A stretch of 63,911 nucleotides of DNA, the filler included, from Dimargaris cristalligena (taxonomy: Eukaryota): assembly GCA_003614675.1 (NCBI GenBank). It is 5 parts of 5 records of this genome, joined end to end, with 100 filler letters (N's around TTAATTAATTAA, not from the genome) between each part and the next. Parts side by side here need not be neighbours in the genome. Positions count along the whole stretch, not along the records: positions 25,828 to 38,623 come from ML003027.1; positions 38,724 to 51,508 come from ML003028.1; 3 more parts are not named here. One strand, given 5' to 3'. Positions within the stretch are counted from its first letter, which is position 1, and every line of letters starts with the position of its first letter. Positions 36,816 through 47,867 of the stretch are shown piece after piece. The translations under genes and the position numbers were made by a program. The notes beneath the pieces were generated by a model. The model saw only the letters and a list, made by a program, of their open reading frames with translations, did no database searches and was not told where the DNA came from.

Positions 36816-38196
36816 CTATTGTTCAAGGAAAGAGAAAATCAACTGGTTTTCCATTGCATCCAAAACAGCATCCTGGCTATCCTCAATAGGGCGGTCCAAC
36901 AGTCGACCGGCCTGAGGGTATTCATTGAAAAAATAGCCCGAGTTAAAATTCGACATCCTTTGGCCCTTGATGTTGTTACGAATATTATCCCTAGAGCTTC
37001 TGGCGGAGAGACTGCACCAGTACCCCAGGATACGATGGAGGTCTTGCAGACCGGGGACTAACTGACTCGTTTCACCCACCTGGCCCATTAAAAACTGGGC
37101 GGTGGCGGGCTGGTTGAACCAAAACGCCCACATGACCGCGGTGAATCTATCCATAGGAGTTAGGGAACCCGTCCATCTCATATTGAATAATCGTTCCAGG
37201 GAAGTAGTGTCCCCCTTGATCGCCATCACTTTCATCGACCCATTCAATTGGGCTCGCCAAGCCAACATGATCCAATTATTTTTCAGGAGGACATTGTTCA
37301 AAGATTCCGGCGTATAATTGATCTGGCTAACTGTTATATCCAGCATTTGTTCCGCAGCTTCTTTGGCCATATCCCCAATGGGAGTTAATAGTCGCATGGC
37401 CAAGTCGGTATGGCCCAAGCGAAAGAGCCGGGGGGAAATGCTGTGGTTAAGGGCAGTCGTTGCTACCCCTCTCCCATTGACCTCTTCCAAATCAAACGAA
37501 ATTTCATTTCCGAGAACGTAGTCGCTGATTAGTTTTTCGAGCTTGGGTTGGGAGAGAGCTTCGACAAGGACCTGAATGGCCCGGGAATCATTGGGTGTCA
37601 GCTCATCTTGACGCACATAGTCCCAGAAACGAGCTTGCATCTATCCGACCATAAAATACAAGGTTAAGTATATGTTATATTGGAGTAACGCCAGCTAAAG
37701 CGGCTGGATAGCACTATTTACGTTATATATACCTGTGTTCGACACCCATCATACCTTATACACCAGGATACAGACAACTACAGGTGATCGAACTTACCGA
37801 TTCAGTGATGACAGTGGCTTCTCGAATTTCATCCAATATGTCTCCCATTTGACCTTCGGCCTGAACGGGCGGGGAATCTTGGCGTCCTTGGATTTCCTGT
37901 ATAATTCGCCTAGCGACGACCATTTGCAGAGGCGTGAGTTGCATGGTTGGCGAATTGCCGTTGGCGTCAGGTGAGGGAGTGTCAATTCCGGCTTCCTGCA
38001 GTCGCCGTGTAAATTCAGCGGCCGCCACTCTGTCTAGTCGGATATTCCTGACAGTGTTGATTATGTCGGGCTGGGACGGATCAATTGGGAGGCGAGGAGA
38101 GGTATTACCTTGGTCCGGAACTGGGGAACCCAACAGGATCGGGGCTAGCAGGCTGAGGATCGGTAGTGTAAGCAGGAAGTAGGTGAACTTAAACAT
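36816..38196 (-). CDS. Secreted orphan protein, ~407 aa, two exons (38196-37798, 37640-36816)
   Basis: Signal peptide MFKFTYFLLTLPILSLLAPILLG-SPVP; phase-0 GTAAGT...TAG intron joins two ORF-track ORFs; TATAAAA upstream on the minus strand (~38338). Confidence 0.78.
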
Positions 38197-38623
38197 GGCT
38201 TAGTAACTTTACCTAAAAAGTAGTCAACTATACTTAACAAAAAGTGGGGGTGAGGGTGACTGACTAAAATGTGGAATCCGGCGAGAATGGGGGATATGGG
38301 TGGAGGTGATATGGGAGGGCTATAGCTAAGCTTTTATACTTCGGGGAAGCCCAGTATATTTAGGGCTGCCTAGATTCTGTGCTTGTCGAGAAAAGTGAGC
38401 TGGAGTTCTCTTCACCAAAAATTCCAAAACCCCCCCTCCTCCCTCACCCACTATTATCCGCTTTAAACTTTTTTTCTCAAGCATTCTCCAGCCTGGCTAA
38501 TAGTATGTGGTTACATCTGCATGGTATAAGTGTAGTAACACGGCCCGGGGATCCGGGAGGGTTCAGCGTGGCCCTATCGGGTTGAAGGGCACCGGACCGT
38601 GAGGAGGAGGCCGGAAACAACCG

Positions 38624-38723
38624 NNNNNNNNNNNNNNNNNNNNNNNNNNNNNNNNNNNNNNNNNNNNTTAATTAATTAANNNNNNNNNNNNNNNNNNNNN
38701 NNNNNNNNNNNNNNNNNNNNNNN
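38624..38723. other. Artificial contig linker
   Basis: 44 N + TTAATTAATTAA + 44 N. Confidence 0.97.
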
Positions 38724-40470
38724 CTTTCCCTTTTTATCACCTATCTTTTCAAATAAAGTTCAGTTTTCAAGGATTTGAGTTCAGTTCTTTACACCAGTAG
38801 GCTCTTCAGTAACTATTGTATCCCAAGAATTATTAATAAAAATATATAAAAGTTATAGCATTGACTATTCCCAAGAAGTCACCCACCTCTGTAATAAATT
38901 AACTGATTAGAGCCTATCTTTACAGATCTAATGGGATACAGAGTATATTCTTATTGGAATGAATGAATACACTTATTATGATGTTCAGCACTGTAAATAG
39001 TAATAAAATATAAATATAAAAGAAATAATACCCTGGGGTACTCAGAAATAACTAAAACATAATCAAACTTCTGCAGAAGTGCTACTGGGTGAATTCTTCA
39101 GCCTTAACTGAAAAGTTGTGGTTATTAATAAGATATTCCACTAAGTATTTATACTAAAACTTGGGGATTATAAATTGATAATATGCTAAAGGACTAAAGG
39201 ACTAAAGTCAGACTAATGGTAAAAGATAATAAAATGGTTAGACCCATTGGTATAATAAAAACAAGGATATAAAAGGTATAAACAAACTTATAATAGGCTA
39301 AAGGAATAGCTAATACTTGTTGATAGAGTACAGCAAGGGTATAAATGTGATACTTGGAATAATAATCTAATTAAAAATAAACATATAATTATTGTATAAT
39401 AATAATAACTTATAAAAGGGAAAACTTAGTCTAGCAGTATCAATTCCTTGACTAATCACCTAATTATGGATAATGGCTTTAATTAAAGAGTGAAAATAAA
39501 TAGGACAATGCCAATTACTAACTATGGCTGTTTGGCTATATTACAATAGAAATGTGATGAAATCACCAGCTCATCCCACTGCTGGTTTGTTATCACAACC
39601 ATATGCTTGCCATTGGCCATCAATTCATAATTTACCACCAATTTGCAATATACTATTAGTTTGTAATTTACCACAAGTCCCCATTATTCAATAAGCTAAT
39701 CAATCCTAAATATAGATAGCCTCTGATTATAATCAGGAATGGCTATATTTATCACTAGTTCCTAACCATATAAATACCAGTGATTTTGCACCTTCTTGAA
39801 TACAGTAACCAGTTTTGTCTTCTTCATTTTTCCTAATATATTCTTTACCTCTGATTTCCATCAATTATCTACCATTTTCATTGGACTATTTACATTTTTG
39901 CCAAATACCATCACAGAAAAGATTTATTGTGGTTGGGCCAAGATGGGCTGTGAGATATATGGAAGTCACTAACCTCCTAAACTCAGGATACCTTGATTCA
40001 ACTTTGAATACTAGTAAAAACCTATTTGTGTTTACAAAAAACCATTATCAATAGATCATTACCATTTGGATTACATTTCTACACTGAATTTCTCATGCCT
40101 TGGGTTTTGATAATTTAATCAGTAGTTTATCAATCTAGTGTCATGCATTCCAGCATGGACAATCTGGTTGTCTATTTATAATAGCAATTTATATAGCTAC
40201 CATTGGTACCAGGAGGAAAGACAGCAGACTCAAGGTACACTTTGCCTCCATATTTTCTACAATTGATTATTAAAACACTCTTAATAGAACCTTCAAGCTA
40301 TAATTACATTTGCTTGCTTTATATTTAACATAATTATATAAATTATGACTTACTCAATTGAGCTGTGTCTAGCACAACAAAAGCTTAAAGGATTTAGGTT
40401 TTATTGGCTACTTCATACATTTAAATGAATAGATTTATTTCTTGAGGGTTGGTAGGCCATAAATCTTACT
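38724..40470. mobile_element. AT-rich CpG-free decayed repeat or transposon relic of unknown class
   Basis: No CG dinucleotide seen over ~1.75 kb at a contig end; stop-ridden frames; class not recognisable. Confidence 0.5.
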
Positions 40471-42807
40471 TAGGCGGGTTGCATTTGCCCCATTTGGTTA
40501 TATTTGACCAGCCATTTCAGAATATTTATGCTGACCTGCTGGAAAATTGTCCGAATTAGTAGAGGCAAATGGCCCTGGAATAATAACCCTTATGCTTGTC
40601 CGAGTTGGGTGGGCTGTTTTCCCATTACCCCCTCTCTCTTCCATACAAAATAATATGGCAATCCGCTAATTATCAATTATACGACATTGCCATAAAACAA
40701 TCAAACCAATTTATTATGAAGGGTATGGCAGTGTTCATGAAGTAACCTGTAAGTGCTACTACAGCTGATAACTTTCATTGGTCCCTTGACTTGCTTCCAT
40801 TACAGCTGTGCATATTAAGAGCAAATCTCCGGGTCTGACATAAAAATCTGGCCAAGGCCAACTGAAACACTACATTAACACCCCGTTATAGTTGCTCCTG
40901 AAATGGTTCTGGGTACTCTACTTTTTTATAATCAACAGCACAGCTCTATACCGTCCCCCATATAGTCAGGTGGGGAAATAATAGTTTACAGCCGTTCTAC
41001 CTTCCTGCTTCACATATAATTTATCACCCAAAGATAATCTAAAGCAATACTATGATTGACGACGAATGGACGAACCTAGCAGTTGTACCAATTAGATAAT
41101 TGTCTAGTATGGCTAGGTATATTTATGAGTAATGGAAAAAGATCTATGCACTGTAGAAAGTCGCTACTCTTGCCTAGCCGAGAAACCCCCAGTGCTCGCT
41201 CCTCCTTCCTCCTTCAACCAACCATCCGAAATTGCACTATACAGAGGGACCCCGCTGCTGCTTGGGCCTATAAACACGTCCATCCTGGGAACATGCCTCC
41301 TCTCCACCTGTCCCTTTGGACGAAGACCGCCGGAATCATTGCCCTGGATAACCGCCCATGCCACTCGAAACCATGACTTGAGGGTCAAGCTAATCATCCC
41401 CCTGGATATAGTAGCCAGCAGAGCCGATGGACATCTTCGCCTCTCCGCCATACATCACTGAGTGCCAATCCAGCACTCCTTTTACATTCGGAGTAATCCT
41501 AGATTCACTGAAGCTCCCAGAAATTCGGCCTATGGGAAGAGAGGGTGGGGTGGGGTGTGTGTGTAAAGGGACCCATAAATGGCTAGTGTAATGCCCGTTC
41601 ACTTTGGCATCTCATACCCCCAAAACAGGACCACCACCACCTGTATCAGGTTTAATGTTGCCCGGTTTGCCCAATGAACGCGAGTGGCCTGGATAGATAT
41701 CCTCCGACGTACGTCAATTGACTAACATGGTCTATCCTGGCCGATCCTTCGGTGTCATATGGGAAGTCCCTCATTGGCATAATGCTGGGGAGTAGGTCAT
41801 GGTAAGGGCTGCTCATCTGCCGATGGTCCCCCACAAATGGAAACCACCTCGGCTATAGCCTACTATCCGGCAAGCAAGTCGGATACAAGGAAAAAAAGAT
41901 AAGCGCCTATAGCCTACATGTGTTTGGCAATTCGGGGTTGCATTGCAGCAGGATTTAATAGCGATATTTTCCCTAAAGTCTAGTGCTTTATTCACAAAGA
42001 CGCTGGGCATGATAAGGGATGCTAGCTACTGGACTGACCAGGAGTGGGGCCAGACCCAGAATTTCCCTTATTTAGGACCGCACATTGGTCTAATGAAAGG
42101 CAAGGAGCCTGTAGACCGAGGCAAAGAAATAATGAAGCCCGTGCCCAACGGGCTGGGCACCAGCGGTGGATGTTTAGAGCAGAAAAAACAGAAGGACGAG
42201 GGGCGGAGTTCGATGGACCAAGTCCAGCGAAATGGCCATATAGTGAAGGAAATGCCCCTTGACCAACAAAAGGCCCTGTGGTTAACCACCTCCCCTTGTA
42301 ATCGACTGTGGTGGTCGCTGATGGGCATTATTCCAGCCAATCCCCAGCCATTGTTAGGGCCCATCTCTTCTCTCCTTCCCCCCTTGCTGCATTTGCGATG
42401 CTGAGATCCCGGCCGACCGTCATCCACCTGCCGCCTCATCCCGCTTTCGGATGACCATTAGCGAGGCCGGCAGGAGTATATAAAGGTGCCCAAATCCCCT
42501 GTTATTATAACCTCACTCCTGCCCTGACTTTCTCCTCCTACCTTGCTTCACTCCTGTTTTAATGACCTCTGCAGCCTTGTAATCGATTCATACTTGTCTC
42601 TACTTTTATCTTCGCACATTGGAAAACGCCGGTATCATCTTCAATTATTTCTTTCTCTAGTCACGGCAGGTGTTTTGTTTATTCATATCAATTCCATACT
42701 CGCCTTTCACGCCCCTCCCATTTCTCCGCCATTATTATTATTACACACACGCCCCATTCCTTTAGTATATTTTTAAATTATCCCTTCCGACTACCACCTA
42801 TTTCATC

Positions 42808-43866
42808 ATGGTTTCTTTCAGCTTGAACAATACCTCTGCCTGGGGCATGTTGACCATCGCCTTGCACATGCTGGCTATCTCGGCCAAGTGTCTCCCCGAA
42901 CCCACTACCCCCAGCACCTCCGTCGGTTTCACTGCCGCCGACTCTAAGTTCGGCTCGCAAATTGAAGGGGCCGCTACCGACGCCCAGGGCAACCTCTACG
43001 CCGTCAATTTCGGCACAGAAGCCGACAAGGACACCCTAGGTATCGCCGCGGGCACCGGTGCCCAGTCCCTCTTTTACAAGGACGCCGACGCCACCACCTG
43101 GTTCAACTCTATGCGGTTTGTGAAGACGAGCAGTGGCATTGTCACGTACGCCGGCGATGTCGTGGGCCACCGGGTGCTCAAGCTGACAGGTGCGACGGGC
43201 AGCCTCACGTCGTCGGTCTTTTGCCAGGACCCTACCATGCTCCAGCCCAATGACATGGCCGCCGCCTCCACCGGCGACCTCTTCTTAAGTGGGATGAACT
43301 ACACTGCTACCACCACCAAGGGCAACGGTGACCTCTGGTGGTGCAATGCCCAGGGCCAGGCCAAGCGCTTGGACACCCTGGAACGCACCAACGGTATTGA
43401 AGTGAGCCCCAACAACCAGTACCTCTACTTGTCGGAGGCCCAGAACAAGGACGGGGCCGTCATTGGCAACCGCATCTGGCGCTACGAAGTGGACCCCTCG
43501 ACCGGTGTCAAAATGGGAGCCGACGGCACCCCCACCAAGTCCCTCTTCGTGGACTTCGCCACCTTGGACCAAACCCAGGCCACCGATATCGACGGTATGC
43601 GCTGCGATACCCAGGGTAATCTGTTCGTCACCCGTAACGGTTTGGGCCAGGTGGTGGTGTTCTCGCCCGAGCGTAAGGAATTGTCGCGTATTACCGCTCC
43701 TTTCAAGTCGGTGAAGAACCTCGAATTCGGTGGATCCGACGGTAAGACGTTGTACATCGTCGGAACCTGTGATGCCGTGGAAGGGACCACGGACGCTCAA
43801 AAGGGTTGCGTGTCAGCCCACCCCGGGCAGCAGAACCCCGGTCTATCCTGGTCTCTGCTCCAGTAG
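42808..43866 (+). CDS. Secreted SMP-30/gluconolactonase/LRE-family six-bladed beta-propeller, intronless
   Basis: IEGA..D..GNLYAVNF, QPND, TNGIEVSP...LYLSE, IDGMRCDTQGNLFVTR, NLEFGGSDGKTLYI; hydrophobic N-terminal signal (start may be 42847); TATAAA at ~42479. Confidence 0.88.
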   Translation: MVSFSLNNTSAWGMLTIALHMLAISAKCLPEPTTPSTSVGFTAADSKFGSQIEGAATDAQGNLYAVNFGTEADKDTLGIAAGTGAQSLFYKDADATTWFNSMRFVKTSSGIVTYAGDVVGHRVLKLTGATGSLTSSVFCQDPTMLQPNDMAAASTGDLFLSGMNYTATTTKGNGDLWWCNAQGQAKRLDTLERTNGIEVSPNNQYLYLSEAQNKDGAVIGNRIWRYEVDPSTGVKMGADGTPTKSLFVDFATLDQTQATDIDGMRCDTQGNLFVTRNGLGQVVVFSPERKELSRITAPFKSVKNLEFGGSDGKTLYIVGTCDAVEGTTDAQKGCVSAHPGQQNPGLSWSLLQ

Positions 43867-44390
43867 GTCTGTTAGGGGTAGGGGGATATATATATATTGG
43901 GTTCAAGCAGTTCCCTGCACCCTTTCAACCCACTACAACTCACATTATTTTTGGATTCCTGCACTTTAAATGCATAACCACTGCTACTATTCAGATTGAC
44001 TCTGTACTGCCTAGTGCAGGTAGTTATAATAATAAACTACACCTTTTCATTTCAACTATACAATGTGACATTTGGTATTTGATAAGAAATGCATTCAAAA
44101 CTTAAGCGGTCGCACTATTTTCGGGATAGGGACAGTGCCTACATGGCGAAGGCCAGGGTCTATTGGGAAGGAGGTTATTATGAAGGAGTGCCTAGCTTAA
44201 TGGCGAATAGTATCAATTAAAGCAACGAGTTGCTTTGTATTCATCAATGCGACTTGCTCCAAGTACGGTGGATACATATGAAAAGGGAGTAGTTTAATGA
44301 CACAACTAATAAAATATACGGCGTTTTCGTCGGAGAAGGTAGTACACAACAGTAAGTTAAAAAGCAGCCAATTTCAAACAAGCGAGGCAT

Positions 44391-45056
44391 CTAGAGCACA
44401 TTGAGGGTCGGGAGGCCTTCCATAATTGACGGGTCATCCTTGATGCGTTCAATTTTAGCCGATAACAGGTGGTAGGTCTTGCGGCTCTGTTTGAACCGTT
44501 TTACAAACTGGTCGTGGTCCAAAGGTGACGGTAGGGCGTCGGCCGGGGGGGCATCCCCGTACGACCCGGATGTACGCCTCGGCGCATCGCCGTACAAGAA
44601 CTGCTGGGCCAAGGCGTCCGATTCTCGGTCAGCGCGATCGGCGCTCTTCTGCAAGTCGGCCTGCAAATGGTGGGGAGTATACGGTTTCATGGCATCGTGC
44701 TGGGTCTTAATCTGTTCGTAAAAATTGGTGGTCAGGGAATCCAGGATGGTCTGTTTATCGATGATATACTGGCGTAGTTCGGTCAGTTCCGGGGCCTGGC
44801 CCAGGATTTTACGGGATAGGTTTTCGTTGCCGAGCTCCAGTTCCAATTGCACGGTTTTGGTCATCTGGACCTGGTCGAGGCCGTTGAAATAGGACTGGAA
44901 GAGGTCCTCAAACTTGAGAATGTCGGAGAGGTCATCGGTGGTCTTGTTGGCAAACGTGGGGAACTCTTTGCGTAGGGCGGCCTGTTTGGCTTGGACCGTC
45001 TCGTCATCGGGGAGCCCGTAGTTGTTCATGGCTTCGGGGAGGGCGCCGCTCATCAT
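44391..45056 (-). CDS. VPS37: ESCRT-I subunit Vps37/Srn2 (Mod(r) domain); upstream exons possible
   Basis: N..L...L..EL.ELR coiled coil, ADRESDALAQQFL, DQFVKRFKQSRKTYHL..AKIER C-terminal signature. Confidence 0.8.
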   Translation of the reverse strand: MMSGALPEAMNNYGLPDDETVQAKQAALRKEFPTFANKTTDDLSDILKFEDLFQSYFNGLDQVQMTKTVQLELELGNENLSRKILGQAPELTELRQYIIDKQTILDSLTTNFYEQIKTQHDAMKPYTPHHLQADLQKSADRADRESDALAQQFLYGDAPRRTSGSYGDAPPADALPSPLDHDQFVKRFKQSRKTYHLLSAKIERIKDDPSIMEGLPTLNVL

Positions 45057-45705
45057 GGGAGACTTGGCACGGCCTGGTGGAAAGGGGGAGAGCGGGGGAC
45101 AGTAAGGGCAGAAGGGTAAGGTCACAACAACAAGGTATAGAGACAAAGAGCACCGAATAATAACGGGCCCAATAGCTACGCTGGGAATATCGTACAGGAA
45201 GGGAGGAGCTGCTCAAGACGGTATGACCCGCGTTGGAAATGGGCTAAAGGCCGAGAGAGGTGAAAAGGGAATAGAATTACAGGCAAAGGAGGCAAGGTAG
45301 AAGAAGGTATGTATCAATATGGTAGTATGGTGGTGGCATTTGGCTTGGCCAGGCCAAGAAATGAAGTAAGTAGTACCAGCCAAGTACCATTGGGGGAATC
45401 CTTTTATGCAGACTGTAAAGAACGGCTCGGACTCTAAGCATATGCGGTGTGCTCAACTAACCTGGTTAGATCCCCTGAGCCATGTGACTGGGTTTAGTCT
45501 ACTTGTTAGCACTTGAGTTCGCTGAGTCGCAGTTGCCTATTAGCTACCCGGTCCGTTCCTGTGTTTACCTTTAGCAATTGCGGCGATTCCCTTTTAGTTT
45601 GCCCAACCGGCCAATCAGCAAATCACTAGAGCCATTGTCGAATACCCTCCGCCCCTCTACATTGAATCTTCTGAACCGCAAGACCTATTAATTCTAGCGG
45701 CCACG

Positions 45706-47141
45706 ATGGGAGACAGTCAGTCGACGTTAACTTGGCACCAAGTACAAGTCACCACTTTGGCTGCCGTGGCTTCCCGTTTGTGCACCCATCCCTGTAAGTA
45801 GACTCTATTCGAAGGGAGTAGTAGCCCCTAGTACTACCGCTGTTACGCAGTATTCCGCAGGGTTGATGTGACGGGCATCCCCGATATCCCCTTACTAAGC
45901 AAAGAGGAATAGTGGGTCCGTTCGGCTAGGTATTTAGGGGTAAACCGATATGATAGATATCCAGCCTATCAACATCACCCAAATTCTAACCTTCCCTGTT
46001 TATCCCGTATACTCTGGTGCAACCAATCCAACTTTACTCTTATCGTAATCCCATAGTGGACACCATCAAAACCCGTATCCAGGCCGATCAAGGCCAGGTG
46101 CAGCCTAACTGGCGGACGGTGGTGCGACACACCCTAACCACTGAGCCCGTGCGCTCCCTGTACCGAGGCCTGCCCGTAGCGCTCGGTTTCTCCATTCCCG
46201 CCCTTACTACCTACCTCACCACTTACGAGGCGGTTAAGGAGGGCCTACACCAGTGGAGCCAACGCCAATTAGCGACGATTTCCAAAGATGACCACCACCA
46301 TACGGTCACCTCCTCCTCCTCCCCAGCAGGGTCGTGCCCCACCGGCCTGAAATCCGCCTGGGCCCGTCCCATCATTGGACTCTTAAGCCACCACTCGATG
46401 GGCAATTACGCCGTCTCCGCCATGTGTGCCGAAATGTTATCGGGCCTCATTTGGACCCCCATGGAAGTCATGAAGAACCGGCTCCAGGTGATTCGCCGTA
46501 CCGGACCACTGGGCCCGGAAATCCCCTTGCGCGGCGGGAGCCATACCCTCGCCCTGGCCTCCCAAATTTATCGTACCCAAGGGATTGCGGGCTTTTTCCG
46601 GGGGTATTGGTTATCCATTGCGGTGTTTGTACCCCATACCGTGATTTATTTCGTGACCTACGAAAAACTTAAATCCTGGTGGGCCCACCGCTGGAGTCCC
46701 TCCCAGTCCAGCTGGGACAATCCCTCCGCTGCCGGGGGTAAGGGCGATTCGGTATTGGCATCAGCACCAGCACTTGCACCGCCATTGCCCTTCTACGGCT
46801 ATCTCACCTGCGCCTCCATGGCCTGTGTTCTCAGTGCGAGTATCTCGAACATTTTCGATGTGGTTAAAACTAAGTGGCAGGTTAATCAGATTCTGGGGGA
46901 TAGGGTGAGTGGATCAACGGTTAGCCCTTCTTCTTCTGCTGCTTCATCCCAAGCCCATAGACAAGCCCCTCGTCGGGTTCGCGAGCTGATGAGGTACATG
47001 TGGCGCCATGAAGGGGGCTATCGTGCATTCTCCCGGGGTATGCTGGCCCGTGTCATTTGGATGACACCCAGTGTGACGATTTCAATGACGACCTACGAAT
47101 GGCTAAAACACCATATGTTCAACGACTCGATTTCCGCTTGA
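45706..47141 (+). CDS. Mitochondrial carrier (SLC25 family); exons 45706-45793, 46057-47141
   Basis: Spliced HP|LDTIKTRIQ, TPMEVMKNRLQ, IFDVVKTKWQ carrier motifs; LYRG, FFRG and FSRG motifs. Confidence 0.9.
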
Positions 47142-47867
47142 CGGGCCTGTTTGTTTTTACTCATTTTACGTTGCCATTTTGTCTTAAAAATATAAATACA
47201 ATAATTAATCAAATCTGTTAAAAATTAAGTATATTTGGTCCTGCAATTGTGCCAGACTACGACATGTTAAAGAAGACTGGTCCTGGGCTTATTTAACCAA
47301 TATTCAATCAGAGATACGGCCTTCTCTCCCCCCATCCACTTGTACTAAATACTCTGGGACGGTAGATATGTATCCAAAGTTAGAATCGACCGAACAAGAT
47401 TCAGGTGATTCCGTCCAACAATGCTGGGTATTATTATAACCGGAGAAGCCCTAGTGCACGATATATTCGTTTTTGAATGTATAGTATAAGCAGGGATAGA
47501 TGGAAGAGGGAAGACCCCACCTATACTTTGACCAATCGCTGAATTATTGTATCTTAGCTTCGATACAAATGGTCCTGACTGAATGCATCCTTGATACCCC
47601 TCCCCTATTAACGCCGACTGCCATCCGTATTGGTCTACTCTTCGAACGTATGGCAGAGTGAGTATAAATACCGGGAGCCCGCAACCCGCTCTACTCACCA
47701 TTCAACAGTGTGTGGCCCATCTTCTCTCACGCAATTTGAATGTTATAACCTATATCATTTTTTAGCCAATTCAATTCAATCATCACTCTCACCTTCTGCT
47801 CCATTTTGCTAATCCCATAATCCCCCTAAATAAGTAGCAGCGTTCCCCGTTCAACTCGCTCCAAAAA

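Noticed and set aside
39480-40260. Decayed minus-strand reading frame in the CpG-free relic
   Set aside because: About 12 stops in ~260 codons is not clearly below chance for AT-rich DNA, and no transposase or RT motif was recognised.
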